Shown here piece after piece: positions 24,401 through 39,200 of a stretch of DNA of 64,000 bases. Position 1 is the stretch's first letter; the number at the start of each line of letters is the position of its first letter. The DNA lies in contig CM120641.1 of assembly GCA_051362555.1 (NCBI GenBank), forward strand, positions 30,634,401-30,698,400, read 5' to 3'. This stretch comes from Lingula anatina (lineage: Eukaryota; Animalia; Brachiopoda). A program made the position numbers and the translations under genes. A model generated the notes under the pieces. That model worked only from the letters and a program-made list of their open reading frames with translations. It was not told the DNA's origin and searched no databases.

Positions 24401-26740
24401 ATAAGCTCATCAGTTGATTGTGTTTCAAAAAAAAAGATTTTTTTGGACAATAAAATTGAGAAAACTGAAAATGACATTGAAAAGACTGCAAAATGCGGTG
24501 CCTTAAAATAATTAAACATTAATAATTTTCACAAATCTTGTTCAATATTTGTGAAATATGGACAGATGATGCAAAACAATAATAAAAATCTTTGATAAGC
24601 TTATCAGTTGACAGTTGACATTTTTCAGAGCACATAAATGTGAGAAAACTGAAAATGACACTGAAAAGACTGTCAAATTCCAAGGTATAAAATAGTTAAA
24701 CGTTTATATTTTTCACAAATCTTGTCCAATATTTGTGGAATTTGGAGAGATGATGTTTAACATAATAAAAATCTGTGATAAGCTCATCAGTTGACTGTGT
24801 CTCATAAAAAAGATTTTTTTGGACAATAAAATTGAGAAAACTGAATATGACATTGAAAAGACTGCAAAATGCGGTGCCTTAAAATAGTTAAAGGTTAATA
24901 ATTTTCACAAATCTTGTCTAATATTTGTGAAATTTGGATACATGATGCATAACAACAATAAAAATCTGTGATAAGCTCATCAGTTGACTGTGTCTCATAA
25001 AAAGTATTTTTTTGGACAATAAATTTGAGAAAATTGAAAATGACACTGAGAAGACTGCAAAATGCGGTGCCTTAAAACAGTTAAATGTTAATAATTTTCA
25101 CAAATCTTGTCTAATATTTGTCAAATTTGGAGAGCTGATGCTTAACAATAACAAAAATAACATATCCTTACTACCAATACCAGATGTAGATTCCTCCTTA
25201 CAATCGGTTTCTGGAATAGGGTTTAGCACACCATTTGACAATGTCTTAAAGCTTGCCATATATACCATCTATTGTACACATGGATGAGACATAGCATTGC
25301 TCTTGCTGTTGTCTTTTGCTGTCTGTTTTTTCTATAGGAATTAGCCCTGACCAGACAGGAAGAATCAGTTCACCAAAAAAGCCATTACGCTGTATGGAAA
25401 AGGTCACCTGGAAAAAGAACAATATGTTTGAAAAAAGTGAAAATTAAATTCTAAAAATTGACAAATTTCCCACACTAAAATAGTTGAACAGTAATTTTGA
25501 TAAACTTAATCTAAACAGTTGACTGTGTCTAATAAAAAGGATATTTTCAGAACATATAAATTTGAGAAAAACTGAAAATGACATTGAAAAGACTGCCAAA
25601 TGCGGTGCCTTAAAATAGTTAAATGTTAATAATTTTCAAAAATCTTGTCCAATATTTGTGAAATTTGGACAGATGATGCATAACAATAATAAAAATCTGT
25701 GATAAGCTTATCAGTTGACAGTTGACATTTTTCAGAGCATATAAATGCGAGAAAACTGAAAATGACACTGAAAAGACTGCCAAATTCCATGGTATAAAAT
25801 ATTTAAAGGTTTATATTTTTCACAAATCTTGTCCAATATTTGTGAAATTTGGACAGATGATGCATAACAATAATAAAAATCTGTGATAAGCTCATCAGTT
25901 GACTGTGTCTCATAAAAAAGATTTTTTTTTGGACAATAAAATTGAGAAAACAGAAAATGACATTGAAAAGACTGCAAAATACGGTGCCTTAAAATAGTTA
26001 AACGTTAATAATTTTCACAAGTCTTGTTCAAGATTTGTAAAATTTGGACAGATGATGCATAACAATAATAAAAATCTGTGATAAGCTCATCAGTTGACTG
26101 TGTCTCATAAAAAAGATTTTTTTGGACAATAAAATTGAGAAAACGGAAAATGACATTGAAAAGACTGCAAAATGCGGTGCCTTAAAATAGTTAAACATTA
26201 ATAATTTTCACAAAACTTGTTCAATATTTGTGAAATTTGGAGAGATGATGCTTAGCAATAACAAAAATCTGTGATAAGCTTAACAGTTGACAGTGTGTGA
26301 TAGAATTGTAGTTGTTTGACATTTTGTATGCGAAGAGTGAGAATTATCTACAATATTTTTTTTTCAATTTCACAACATCTAATTAGACTCACATTAAACA
26401 TCAAATATTATGATTTGAGTTTGTTTGTGTAAGAGGTGACAAATTACCCATAATTGTCCTCTGGAAAAGAATATATACCCATTTAAGACATCTCCTTACT
26501 ACCAATACCAGATGCAGATTCCTCCTTACAATCGGTTTCTGGAATAGGGTTTAGCACACCATTTGACAATGTCCTAAAGCTTGCCATATACCATCTATTG
26601 TAAACATGGATGAGACATAGCATTGCTCTTGCTGTTGTCTTTTGCTGTCTGTTTTTCCTATAGGAATTAGCCCTGACCAGACAGGAAGAATCAGTTCACC
26701 AAAAAAGCCATCACGCTGTATGGAAAAGGTCACCTGAAAA
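18500..26740. repeat. Higher-order repeat, 3781-bp period (one L + one S cassette), ~2 copies; boundaries approximate
   Basis: Identical landmarks 18989/22770/26551, 19270/23051, 20159/23940, 21231/25012 and 21951/25732 all differ by 3781. Confidence 0.93.
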
Positions 26741-29700
26741 AAGAACAATATGTTTGATAAAAGTGAAAATTAAATTCTAAAAATTGACAAATTTCCCACA
26801 CTAAAATAGTTGAACAGTAATTTTGATAAACTTAACCTAAACAGTTGACTATGTCTAATAAAAAGGACATTTTCAGAACATATAAATTTGAGAAATACTG
26901 AAAATGACATTGAAAAGACTGCCAAATTCCATGGCTTGAAATAGTTAAACGTAAATAATTTTCACAAATCTTGTTCAAGATTTGTGAAATTTGGACAGAT
27001 GATGCATAACAATAATAAAAATCTGTGATAAGCTCATCAGTTGACTGTGTCTCATAAAAAAGATTTTTTTGGACAATAAAATTGAGAAAACGGAAAATGA
27101 CATTGAAAAGACTGCAAAATGCGGTGCCTTAAAATAGTTAAACATAAATAATTTTCACAAAACTTGTTCAATATTTGTGAAATTTGGAGAGATGATGCTT
27201 AGCAATAACAAAAATCTGTGATAAGCTTAACAGTTGACAGTGTGTGATAGAATTGTAGTTGTTTGACATTTTGTATGCGAAGAGTGAGAATTATCTACAA
27301 TATTTTTTTTTCAATTTCACAACATCTAATTAGACTCACATTAAACATCAAATATTATGATTTGAGTTTGTTTGTGTAAGAGGTGACAAATTACCCATAA
27401 TTGTCCTCTGGAAAAGAATATATACCCATTTAAGACATCTCCTTACTACCAATACCAGATGCAGATTCCTCCTTACAATCGGTTTCTGGAATAGGGTTTA
27501 GCACACCATTTGACAATGTCCTAAAGCTTGCCATATACCATCTATTGTAAACATGGATGAGACATAGCATTGCTCTTGCTGTTGTCTTTTGCTGTCTGTT
27601 TTTCCTATAGGAATTAGCCCTGACCAGACAGGAAGAATCAGTTCACCAAAAAAGCCATCACGCTGTATGGAAAAGGTCACCTGAAAAAAGAACAATATGT
27701 TTGATAAAAGTGAAAATTAAATTCTAAAAATTGACAAATTTCCCACACTAAAATAGTTGAACAGTAATTTTGATAAACTTAACCTAAACAGTTGACTATG
27801 TCTAATAAAAAGGACATTTTCAGAACATATAAATTTGAGAAATACTGAAAATGACATTGAAAAGACTGCCAAATTCCATGGCTTGAAATAGTTAAACGTA
27901 AATAATTTTCACAAATCTTGTTCAAGATTTGTGAAATTTGGACAGATGATGCATAACAATAATAAAAATCTGTGATAAGCTCATCAGTTGACTGTGTCTC
28001 ATAAAAAAGATTTTTTTGGACAATAAAATTGAGAAAACGGAAAATGACATTGAAAAGACTGCAAAATGCGGTGCCTTAAAATAGTTAAACATAAATAATT
28101 TTCACAAAACTTGTTCAATATTTGTGAAATTTGGAGAGATGATGCTTAGCAATAACAAAAATCTGTGATAAGCTTAACAGTTGACAGTGTGTGATAGAAT
28201 TGTAGTTGTTTGACATTTTGTATGCGAAGAGTGAGAATTATCTACAATATTTTTTTTTCAATTTCACAACATCTAATTAGACTCACATTAAACATCAAAT
28301 ATTATGATTTGAGTTTGTTTGTGTAAGAGGTGACAAATTACCCATAATTGTCCTCTGGAAAAGAATATATACCCATTTAAGACATCTCCTTACTACCAAT
28401 ACCAGATGCAGATTCCTCCTTACAATCGGTTTCTGGAATAGGGTTTAGCACACCATTTGACAATGTCCTAAAGCTTGCCATATACCATCTATTGTAAACA
28501 TGGATGAGACATAGCATTGCTCTTGCTGTTGTCTTTTGCTGTCTGTTTTTCCTATAGGAATTAGCCCTGACCAGACAGGAAGAATCAGTTCACCAAAAAA
28601 GCCATCACGCTGTATGGAAAAGGTCACCTGGAAAAAGAACAATATGTTTGATAAAAGTGAAAATTAAATTCTAAAAATTGACAAATTTCCCACACTAAAA
28701 TAGTTGAACAGTAATTTTGATAAACTTAACCTAAACAGTTGACTATGTCTAATAAAAAGGACATTTTCAGAACATATAAATTTGAGAAATACTGAAAATG
28801 ACATTGAAAAGACTGCCAAATTCCATGGCTTGAAATAGTTAAACGTAAATAATTTTCACAAATCTTGTTCAAGATTTGTGAAATTTGGACAGATGATGCA
28901 TAACAATAATAAAAATCTGTGATAAGCTCATCAGTTGACTGCATCTCATGAAAAACATTTTTCAGGGCATATAAATGTGAGAAAACTGAAAATGACATTG
29001 AAAAGACTGCCAAATTCCATGGCTTAAAATAGTTAAACGTTAATAATTTTCACAAAATTTGTTCAAGATTTGTGAAATTTGGACAGATGATGCATAACAA
29101 CAATAAAAATCTGTGATAAGCTCATCAGTTGACTGTGTCTCATGAAAAAGATTTTATTTTTGGACAATAAATTTGAGAAAACTGAAAATAACACTGAAAC
29201 GACTGCCAAATTCCATGGCTTAAAATAGTTAAACGTTAATAATTTTCCCAAATCTTGTCTAATATTTGTGAAATTTGGATAGATGATGCATATCAACAAT
29301 AAAAATCTGTGATAAGCTCATCAGTTGACTGTGTCTCATAAAAAAGATTTTTTTGGACAATAAAATTGAGAAAACGGAAAATGACATTGAAAAGACTGCA
29401 AAATGCAGTGCCTTAAAATAGTTAAACATAAATAATTTTCACAAAACTTGTTCAATATTTGTGAAATTTGGAGAGATGATGCTTAGCAATAACAAAAATC
29501 TGTGATAAGCTTAACAGTTGACAGTGTGTGATAGAATTGTAGTTGTTTGACATTTTGTATGCGAAGAGTGAGAATTATCTACAATATTTTTTTTTCAATT
29601 TCACAACATCTAATTAGACTCACATTAAACATCAAATATTATGATTTGAGTTTGTTTGTGTAAGAGGTGACAAATTACCCATAATTGTCCTCTGGAAAAG

Positions 29701-32700
29701 AATATATACCCATTTAAGACATCTCCTTACTACCAATACCAGATGCAGATTCCTCCTTACAATCGGTTTCTGGAATAGGGTTTAGCACACCATTTGACAA
29801 TGTCCTAAAGCTTGCCATATACCATCTATTGTAAACATGGATGAGACATAGCATTGCTCTTGCTGTTGTCTTTTGCTGTCTGTTTTTCCTATAGGAATTA
29901 GCCCTGACCAGACAGGAAGAATCAGTTCACCAAAAAAGCCATCACGCTGTATGGAAAAGGTCACCTGAAAAAAGAACAATATGTTTGATAAAAGTGAAAA
30001 TTAAATTCTAAAAATTGACAAATTTCCCACACTAAAATAGTTGAACAGTAATTTTGATAAACTTAACCTAAACAGTTGACTATGTCTAATAAAAAGGACA
30101 TTTTCAGAACATATAAATTTGAGAAATACTGAAAATGACATTGAAAAGACTGCCAAATTCCATGGCTTGAAATAGTTAAACGTAAATAATTTTCACAAAT
30201 CTTGTTCAAGATTTGTGAAATTTGGACAGATGATGCATAACAATAATAAAAATCTGTGATAAGCTCATCAGTTGACTGTGTCTCATAAAAAAGATTTTTT
30301 TGGACAATAAAATTGAGAAAACGGAAAATGACATTGAAAAGACTGCAAAATGCGGTGCCTTAAAATAGTTAAACATAAATAATTTTCACAAAACTTGTTC
30401 AATATTTGTGAAATTTGGAGAGATGATGCTTAGCAATAACAAAAATCTGTGATAAGCTTAACAGTTGACAGTGTGTGATAGAATTGTAGTTGTTTGACAT
30501 TTTGTATGCGAAGAGTGAGAATTATCTACAATATTTTTTTTTCAATTTCACAACATCTAATTAGACTCACATTAAACATCAAATATTATGATTTGAGTTT
30601 GTTTGTGTAAGAGGTGACAAATTACCCATAATTGTCCTCTGGAAAAGAATATATACCCATTTAAGACATCTCCTTACTACCAATACCAGATGCAGATTCC
30701 TCCTTACAATCGGTTTCTGGAATAGGGTTTAGCACACCATTTGACAATGTCCTAAAGCTTGCCATATACCATCTATTGTAAACATGGATGAGACATAGCA
30801 TTGCTCTTGCTGTTGTCTTTTGCTGTCTGTTTTTCCTATAGGAATTAGCCCTGACCAGACAGGAAGAATCAGTTCACCAAAAAAGCCATCACGCTGTATG
30901 GAAAAGGTCACCTGAAAAAAGAACAATATGTTTGATAAAAGTGAAAATTAAATTCTAAAAATTGACAAATTTCCCACACTAAAATAGTTGAACAGTAATT
31001 TTGATAAACTTAACCTAAACAGTTGACTATGTCTAATAAAAAGGACATTTTCAGAACATATAAATTTGAGAAATACTGAAAATGACATTGAAAAGACTGC
31101 CAAATTCCATGGCTTGAAATAGTTAAACGTAAATAATTTTCACAAATCTTGTTCAAGATTTGTGAAATTTGGACAGATGATGCATAACAATAATAAAAAT
31201 CTGTGATAAGCTCATCAGTTGACTGTGTCTCATAAAAAAGATTTTTTTGGACAATAAAATTGAGAAAACGGAAAATGACATTGAAAAGACTGCAAAATGC
31301 GGTGCCTTAAAATAGTTAAACATAAATAATTTTCACAAAACTTGTTCAATATTTGTGAAATTTGGAGAGATGATGCTTAGCAATAACAAAAATCTGTGAT
31401 AAGCTTAACAGTTGACAGTGTGTGATAGAATTGTAGTTGTTTGACATTTTGTATGCGAAGAGTGAGAATTATCTACAATATTTTTTTTTCAATTTCACAA
31501 CATCTAATTAGACTCACATTAAACATCAAATATTATGATTTGAGTTTGTTTGTGTAAGAGGTGACAAATTACCCATAATTGTCCTCTGGAAAAGAATATA
31601 TACCCATTTAAGACATCTCCTTACTACCAATACCAGATGCAGATTCCTCCTTACAATCGGTTTCTGGAATAGGGTTTAGCACACCATTTGACAATGTCCT
31701 AAAGCTTGCCATATACCATCTATTGTAAACATGGATGAGACATAGCATTGCTCTTGCTGTTGTCTTTTGCTGTCTGTTTTTCCTATAGGAATTAGCCCTG
31801 ACCAGACAGGAAGAATCAGTTCACCAAAAAAGCCATCACGCTGTATGGAAAAGGTCACCTGGAAAAAGAACAATATGTTTGATAAAAGTGAAAATTAAAT
31901 TCTAAAAATTGACAAATTTCCCACACTAAAATAGTTGAACAGTAATTTTGATAAACTTAACCTAAACAGTTGACTATGTCTAATAAAAAGGACATTTTCA
32001 GAACATATAAATTTGAGAAATACTGAAAATGACATTGAAAAGACTGCCAAATTCCATGGCTTGAAATAGTTAAACGTAAATAATTTTCACAAATCTTGTT
32101 CAAGATTTGTGAAATTTGGACAGATGATGCATAACAATAATAAAAATCTGTGATAAGCTCATCAGTTGACTGCATCTCATGAAAAACATTTTTCAGGGCA
32201 TATAAATGTGAGAAAACTGAAAATGACATTGAAAAGACTGCCAAATTCCATGGCTTAAAATAGTTAAACGTTAATAATTTTCACAAAATTTGTTCAAGAT
32301 TTGTGAAATTTGGACAGATGATGCATAACAACAATAAAAATCTGTGATAAGCTCATCAGTTGACTGTGTCTCATGAAAAAGATTTTATTTTTGGACAATA
32401 AATTTGAGAAAACTGAAAATAACACTGAAACGACTGCCAAATTCCATGGCTTAAAATAGTTAAACGTTAATAATTTTCCCAAATCTTGTCTAATATTTGT
32501 GAAATTTGGATAGATGATGCATATCAACAATAAAAATCTGTGATAAGCTCATCAGTTGACTGTGTCTCATAAAAAAGATTTTTTTGGACAATAAAATTGA
32601 GAAAACGGAAAATGACATTGAAAAGACTGCAAAATGCAGTGCCTTAAAATAGTTAAACATAAATAATTTTCACAAAACTTGTTCAATATTTGTGAAATTT

Positions 32701-33200
32701 GGAGAGATGATGCTTAGCAATAACAAAAATCTGTGATAAGCTTAACAGTTGACAGTGTGTGATAGAATTGTAGTTGTTTGACATTTTGTATGCGAAAAGT
32801 GAGAATTATCTACAATATTTTTTTATCAATTTCACAACATCTAATTAGACTCACATTAAACATCAAATATTATGATTTGAGTTTGTTTGTGTAAGAGGTG
32901 ACAAATTACCCATAATTGTCCTCTGGAAAAGAATATATACCCATTTAAGACATCTCCTTACTACCAATACCAGATGCAGATTCCTCCTTACAATCGGTTT
33001 CTGGAATAGGGTTTAGCACACCATTTGACAATGTCCTAAAGCTTGCCATATACCATCTATTGTAAACATGGATGAGACATAGCATTGCTCTTGCTGTTGT
33101 CTTTTGCTGTCTGTTTTTCCTATAGGAATTAGCCCTGACCAGACAGGAAGAATCAGTTCACCAAAAAAGCCATCACGCTGTATGGAAAAGGTCACCTAGA
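26090..33200. repeat. 947-bp units (L cassette + monomers) nested in a 3231-bp higher-order repeat; boundaries approximate
   Basis: 26551/27498/28445 and 29782/30729/31676 differ by 947. 26551/29782/33013, 28726/31957 and 29063/32294 differ by 3231. Confidence 0.93.
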
Positions 33201-36200
33201 AAAAGAACAATATGTTTGATAAAAGTGAAAATTAAATTCTAAAAATTGACAAATTTCCCACATTAAAATAGTTGAACAATAATTTTGATAAACTTAACCT
33301 AAACAGGTGACTATGTCTAATAGAAAGGACATTTTCAGAACATATAAATTTGAGAAATACTGAAAATGACATTGAAAAGACTGCCAAATTCCATGGCTTG
33401 AAATAGTTAAACGTTAATAATTTTCACAACTCTTGTCTAATATTTGTGAAATTTGGACAGATGATGCATAACAACAATAAAAATCTGTGATAAGCTCATC
33501 AGTTGACTGTGTCTCATAAAAACATTTTTCAAAGCATATAAATGTGAGAAAACTGAAAATGACATTGAAAAGACTGCCAAATTCCATGGTATAAAATAGT
33601 TAAATGTTAATATTTTTAACAAATCTTGTCCAATATTTGTGGAATTTGGAGAGATGATGCTTAACAATAATAAAAATCTGTGATTAGCTCATCAACGTAC
33701 TGTGTCTCATGAAAAAATTTTTTCAGAGCATATAAATGTGAGAAAATTGAAAATGACATTGAAAAGACTGCCAAATTCCATGGCTTAAAATAGTTAAACG
33801 TTAATAATTTTCACAAATCTTGTCTAATATTTGTGAAATTTGGATAGATGATGCATAACAACAATAAAAATCTGTGATAAGCTCATCAGTTGATTGTGTT
33901 TCAAAAAAAAAGATTTTTTTGGACAATAAAATTGAGAAAACTGAAAATGACATTGAAAAGACTGCAAAATGCGGTGCCTTAAAATAATTAAACATTAATA
34001 ATTTTCACAAATCTTGTTCAATATTTGTGAAATATGGACAGATGATGCAAAACAATAATAAAAATCTTTGATAAGCTTATCAGTTGACAGTTGACATTTT
34101 TCAGAGCACATAAATGTGAGAAAACTGAAAATGACACTGAAAAGACTGTCAAATTCCAAGGTATAAAATAGTTAAACGTTTATATTTTTCACAAATCTTG
34201 TCCAATATTTGTGGAATTTGGAGAGATGATGTTTAACATAATAAAAATCTGTGATAAGCTCATCAGTTGACTGTGTCTCATAAAAAAGATTTTTTTGGAC
34301 AATAAAATTGAGAAAACTGAATATGACATTGAAAAGACTGCAAAATGCGGTGCCTTAAAATAGTTAAAGGTTAATAATTTTCACAAATCTTGTCTAATAT
34401 TTGTGAAATTTGGATACATGATGCATAACAACAATAAAAATCTGTGATAAGCTCATCAGTTGACTGTGTCTCATAAAAAGTATTTTTTTGGACAATAAAT
34501 TTGAGAAAATTGAAAATGACACTGAGAAGACTGCAAAATGCGGTGCCTTAAAACAGTTAAATGTTAATAATTTTCACAAATCTTGTCTAATATTTGTCAA
34601 ATTTGGAGAGCTGATGCTTAACAATAACAAAAATAACATATCCTTACTACCAATACCAGATGTAGATTCCTCCTTACAATCGGTTTCTGGAATAGGGTTT
34701 AGCACACCATTTGACAATGTCTTAAAGCTTGCCATATATACCATCTATTGTACACATGGATGAGACATAGCATTGCTCTTGCTGTTGTCTTTTGCTGTCT
34801 GTTTTTTCTATAGGAATTAGCCCTGACCAGACAGGAAGAATCAGTTCACCAAAAAAGCCATTACGCTGTATGGAAAAGGTCACCTGGAAAAAGAACAATA
34901 TGTTTGAAAAAAGTGAAAATTAAATTCTAAAAATTGACAAATTTCCCACACTAAAATAGTTGAACAGTAATTTTGATAAACTTAATCTAAACAGTTGACT
35001 GTGTCTAATAAAAAGGATATTTTCAGAACATATAAATTTGAGAAAAACTGAAAATGACATTGAAAAGACTGCCAAATGCGGTGCCTTAAAATAGTTAAAT
35101 GTTAATAATTTTCAAAAATCTTGTCCAATATTTGTGAAATTTGGACAGATGATGCATAACAATAATAAAAATCTGTGATAAGCTTATCAGTTGACAGTTG
35201 ACATTTTTCAGAGCATATAAATGCGAGAAAACTGAAAATGACACTGAAAAGACTGCCAAATTCCATGGTATAAAATATTTAAAGGTTTATATTTTTCACA
35301 AATCTTGTCCAATATTTGTGAAATTTGGACAGATGATGCATAACAATAATAAAAATCTGTGATAAGCTCATCAGTTGACTGTGTCTCATAAAAAAGATTT
35401 TTTTTTGGACAATAAAATTGAGAAAACAGAAAATGACATTGAAAAGACTGCAAAATACGGTGCCTTAAAATAGTTAAACGTTAATAATTTTCACAAGTCT
35501 TGTTCAAGATTTGTAAAATTTGGACAGATGATGCATAACAATAATAAAAATCTGTGATAAGCTCATCAGTTGACTGTGTCTCATAAAAAAGATTTTTTTG
35601 GACAATAAAATTGAGAAAACGGAAAATGACATTGAAAAGACTGCAAAATGCGGTGCCTTAAAATAATTAAACATAAATAATTTTCACAAATCTTGTTCAA
35701 TATTTGTGAAATATGGACAGATGATGCAAAACAATAATAAAAATCTTTGATAAGCTTATCAGTTGACAGTTGACATTTTTCAGAGCACATAAATGTGAGA
35801 AAACTGAAAATGACACTGAAAAGACTGTCAAATTCCAAGGTATAAAATAGTTAAACGTTTATATTTTTCACAAATCTTGTCCAATATTTGTGGAATTTGG
35901 AGAGATGATGTTTAACATAATAAAAATCTGTGATAAGCTCATCAGTTGACTGTGTCTCATAAAAAAGATTTTTTTGGACAATAAAATTGAGAAAACTGAA
36001 TATGACATTGAAAAGACTGCAAAATGCGGTGCCTTAAAATAGTTAAAGGTTAATAATTTTCACAAATCTTGTCTAATATTTGTGAAATTTGGATACATGA
36101 TGCATAACAACAATAAAAATCTGTGATAAGCTCATCAGTTGACTGTGTCTCATAAAAAGTATTTTTTTGGACAATAAATTTGAGAAAATTGAAAATGACA

Positions 36201-39200
36201 CTGAGAAGACTGCAAAATGCGGTGCCTTAAAACAGTTAAATGTTAATAATTTTCACAAATCTTGTCTAATATTTGTCAAATTTGGAGAGCTGATGCTTAA
36301 CAATAACAAAAATAACATATCCTTACTACCAATACCAGATGTAGATTCCTCCTTACAATCGGTTTCTGGAATAGGGTTTAGCACACCATTTGACAATGTC
36401 TTAAAGCTTGCCATATATACCATCTATTGTACACATGGATGAGACATAGCATTGCTCTTGCTGTTGTCTTTTGCTGTCTGTTTTTTCTATAGGAATTAGC
36501 CCTGACCAGACAGGAAGAATCAGTTCACCAAAAAAGCCATTACGCTGTATGGAAAAGGTCACCTGGAAAAAGAACAATATGTTTGAAAAAAGTGAAAATT
36601 AAATTCTAAAAATTGACAAATTTCCCACACTAAAATAGTTGAACAGTAATTTTGATAAACTTAATCTAAACAGTTGACTGTGTCTAATAAAAAGGATATT
36701 TTCAGAACATATAAATTTGAGAAAAACTGAAAATGACATTGAAAAGACTGCCAAATGCGGTGCCTTAAAATAGTTAAATGTTAATAATTTTCAAAAATCT
36801 TGTCCAATATTTGTGAAATTTGGACAGATGATGCATAACAATAATAAAAATCTGTGATAAGCTTATCAGTTGACAGTTGACATTTTTCAGAGCATATAAA
36901 TGCGAGAAAACTGAAAATGACACTGAAAAGACTGCCAAATTCCATGGTATAAAATATTTAAAGGTTTATATTTTTCACAAATCTTGTCCAATATTTGTGA
37001 AATTTGGACAGATGATGCATAACAATAATAAAAATCTGTGATAAGCTCATCAGTTGACTGTGTCTCATAAAAAAGATTTTTTTTTGGACAATAAAATTGA
37101 GAAAACAGAAAATGACATTGAAAAGACTGCAAAATACGGTGCCTTAAAATAGTTAAACGTTAATAATTTTCACAAGTCTTGTTCAAGATTTGTGAAATTT
37201 GGACAGATGATGCATAACAATAATAAAAATCTGTGATAAGCTCATCAGTTGACTGTGTCTCATAAAAAAGATTTTTTTGGACAATAAAATTGAGAAAACG
37301 GAAAATGACATTGAAAAGACTGCAAAATGCGGTGCCTTAAAATAGTTAAACATAAATAATTTTCACAAAACTTGTTCAATATTTGTGAAATTTGGAGAGA
37401 TGATGCTTAGCAATAACAAAAATCTGTGATAAGCTTAACAGTTGACAGTGTGTGATAGAATTGTAGTTGTTTGACATTTTGTATGCGAAGAGTGAGAATT
37501 ATCTACAATATTTTTTTTTCAATTTCACAACATCTAATTAGACTCACATTAAACATCAAATATTATGATTTGAGTTTGTTTGTGTAAGAGGTGACAAATT
37601 ACCCATAATTGTCCTCTGGAAAAGAATATATACCCATTTAAGACATCTCCTTACTACCAATACCAGATGCAGATTCCTCCTTACAATCGGTTTCTGGAAT
37701 AGGGTTTAGCACACCATTTGACAATGTCCTAAAGCTTGCCATATACCACCTATTGTAAACATGGATGAGACATAGCATTGCTCTTGCTGTTGTCTTTTGC
37801 TGTCTGTTTTTCCTATAGGAATTAGCCCTGACCAGACAGGAAGAATCAGTTCACCAAAAAAGCCATCACGCTGTATGGAAAAGGTCACCTGAAAAAAGAA
37901 CAATATGTTTGATAAAAGTGAAAATTAAATTCTAAAAATTGACAAATTTCCCACACTAAAATAGTTGAACAGTAATTTTGATAAACTTAACCTAAACAGT
38001 TGACTATGTCTAATAAAAAGGACATTTTCAGAACATATAAATTTGAGAAATACTGAAAATGACATTGAAAAGACTGCCAAATTCCATGGCTTGAAATAGT
38101 TAAACGTAAATAATTTTCACAAATCTTGTTCAAGATTTGTGAAATTTGGACAGATGATGCATAACAATAATAAAAATCTGTGATAAGCTCATCAGTTGAC
38201 TGTGTCTCATAAAAAAGATTTTTTTGGACAATAAAATTGAGAAAACGGAAAATGACATTGAAAAGACTGCAAAATGCGGTGCCTTAAAATAGTTAAACAT
38301 AAATAATTTTCACAAAACTTGTTCAATATTTGTGAAATTTGGAGAGATGATGCTTAGCAATAACAAAAATCTGTGATAAGCTTAACAGTTGACAGTGTGT
38401 GATAGAATTGTAGTTGTTTGACATTTTGTATGCGAAGAGTGAGAATTATCTACAATATTTTTTTTTCAATTTCACAACATCTAATTAGACTCACATTAAA
38501 CATCAAATATTATGATTTGAGTTTGTTTGTGTAAGAGGTGACAAATTACCCATAATTGTCCTCTGGAAAAGAATATATACCCATTTAAGACATCTCCTTA
38601 CTACCAATACCAGATGCAGATTCCTCCTTACAATCGGTTTCTGGAATAGGGTTTAGCACACCATTTGACAATGTCCTAAAGCTTGCCATATACCATCTAT
38701 TGTAAACATGGATGAGACATAGCATTGCTCTTGCTGTTGTCTTTTGCTGTCTGTTTTTCCTATAGGAATTAGCCCTGACCAGACAGGAAGAATCAGTTCA
38801 CCAAAAAAGCCATCACGCTGTATGGAAAAGGTCACCTGAAAAAAGAACAATATGTTTGATAAAAGTGAAAATTAAATTCTAAAAATTGACAAATTTCCCA
38901 CACTAAAATAGTTGAACAGTAATTTTGATAAACTTAACCTAAACAGTTGACTATGTCTAATAAAAAGGACATTTTCAGAACATATAAATTTGAGAAATAC
39001 TGAAAATGACATTGAAAAGACTGCCAAATTCCATGGCTTGAAATAGTTAAACGTAAATAATTTTCACAAATCTTGTTCAAGATTTGTGAAATTTGGACAG
39101 ATGATGCATAACAATAATAAAAATCTGTGATAAGCTCATCAGTTGACTGTGTCTCATAAAAAAGATTTTTTTGGACAATAAAATTGAGAAAACGGAAAAT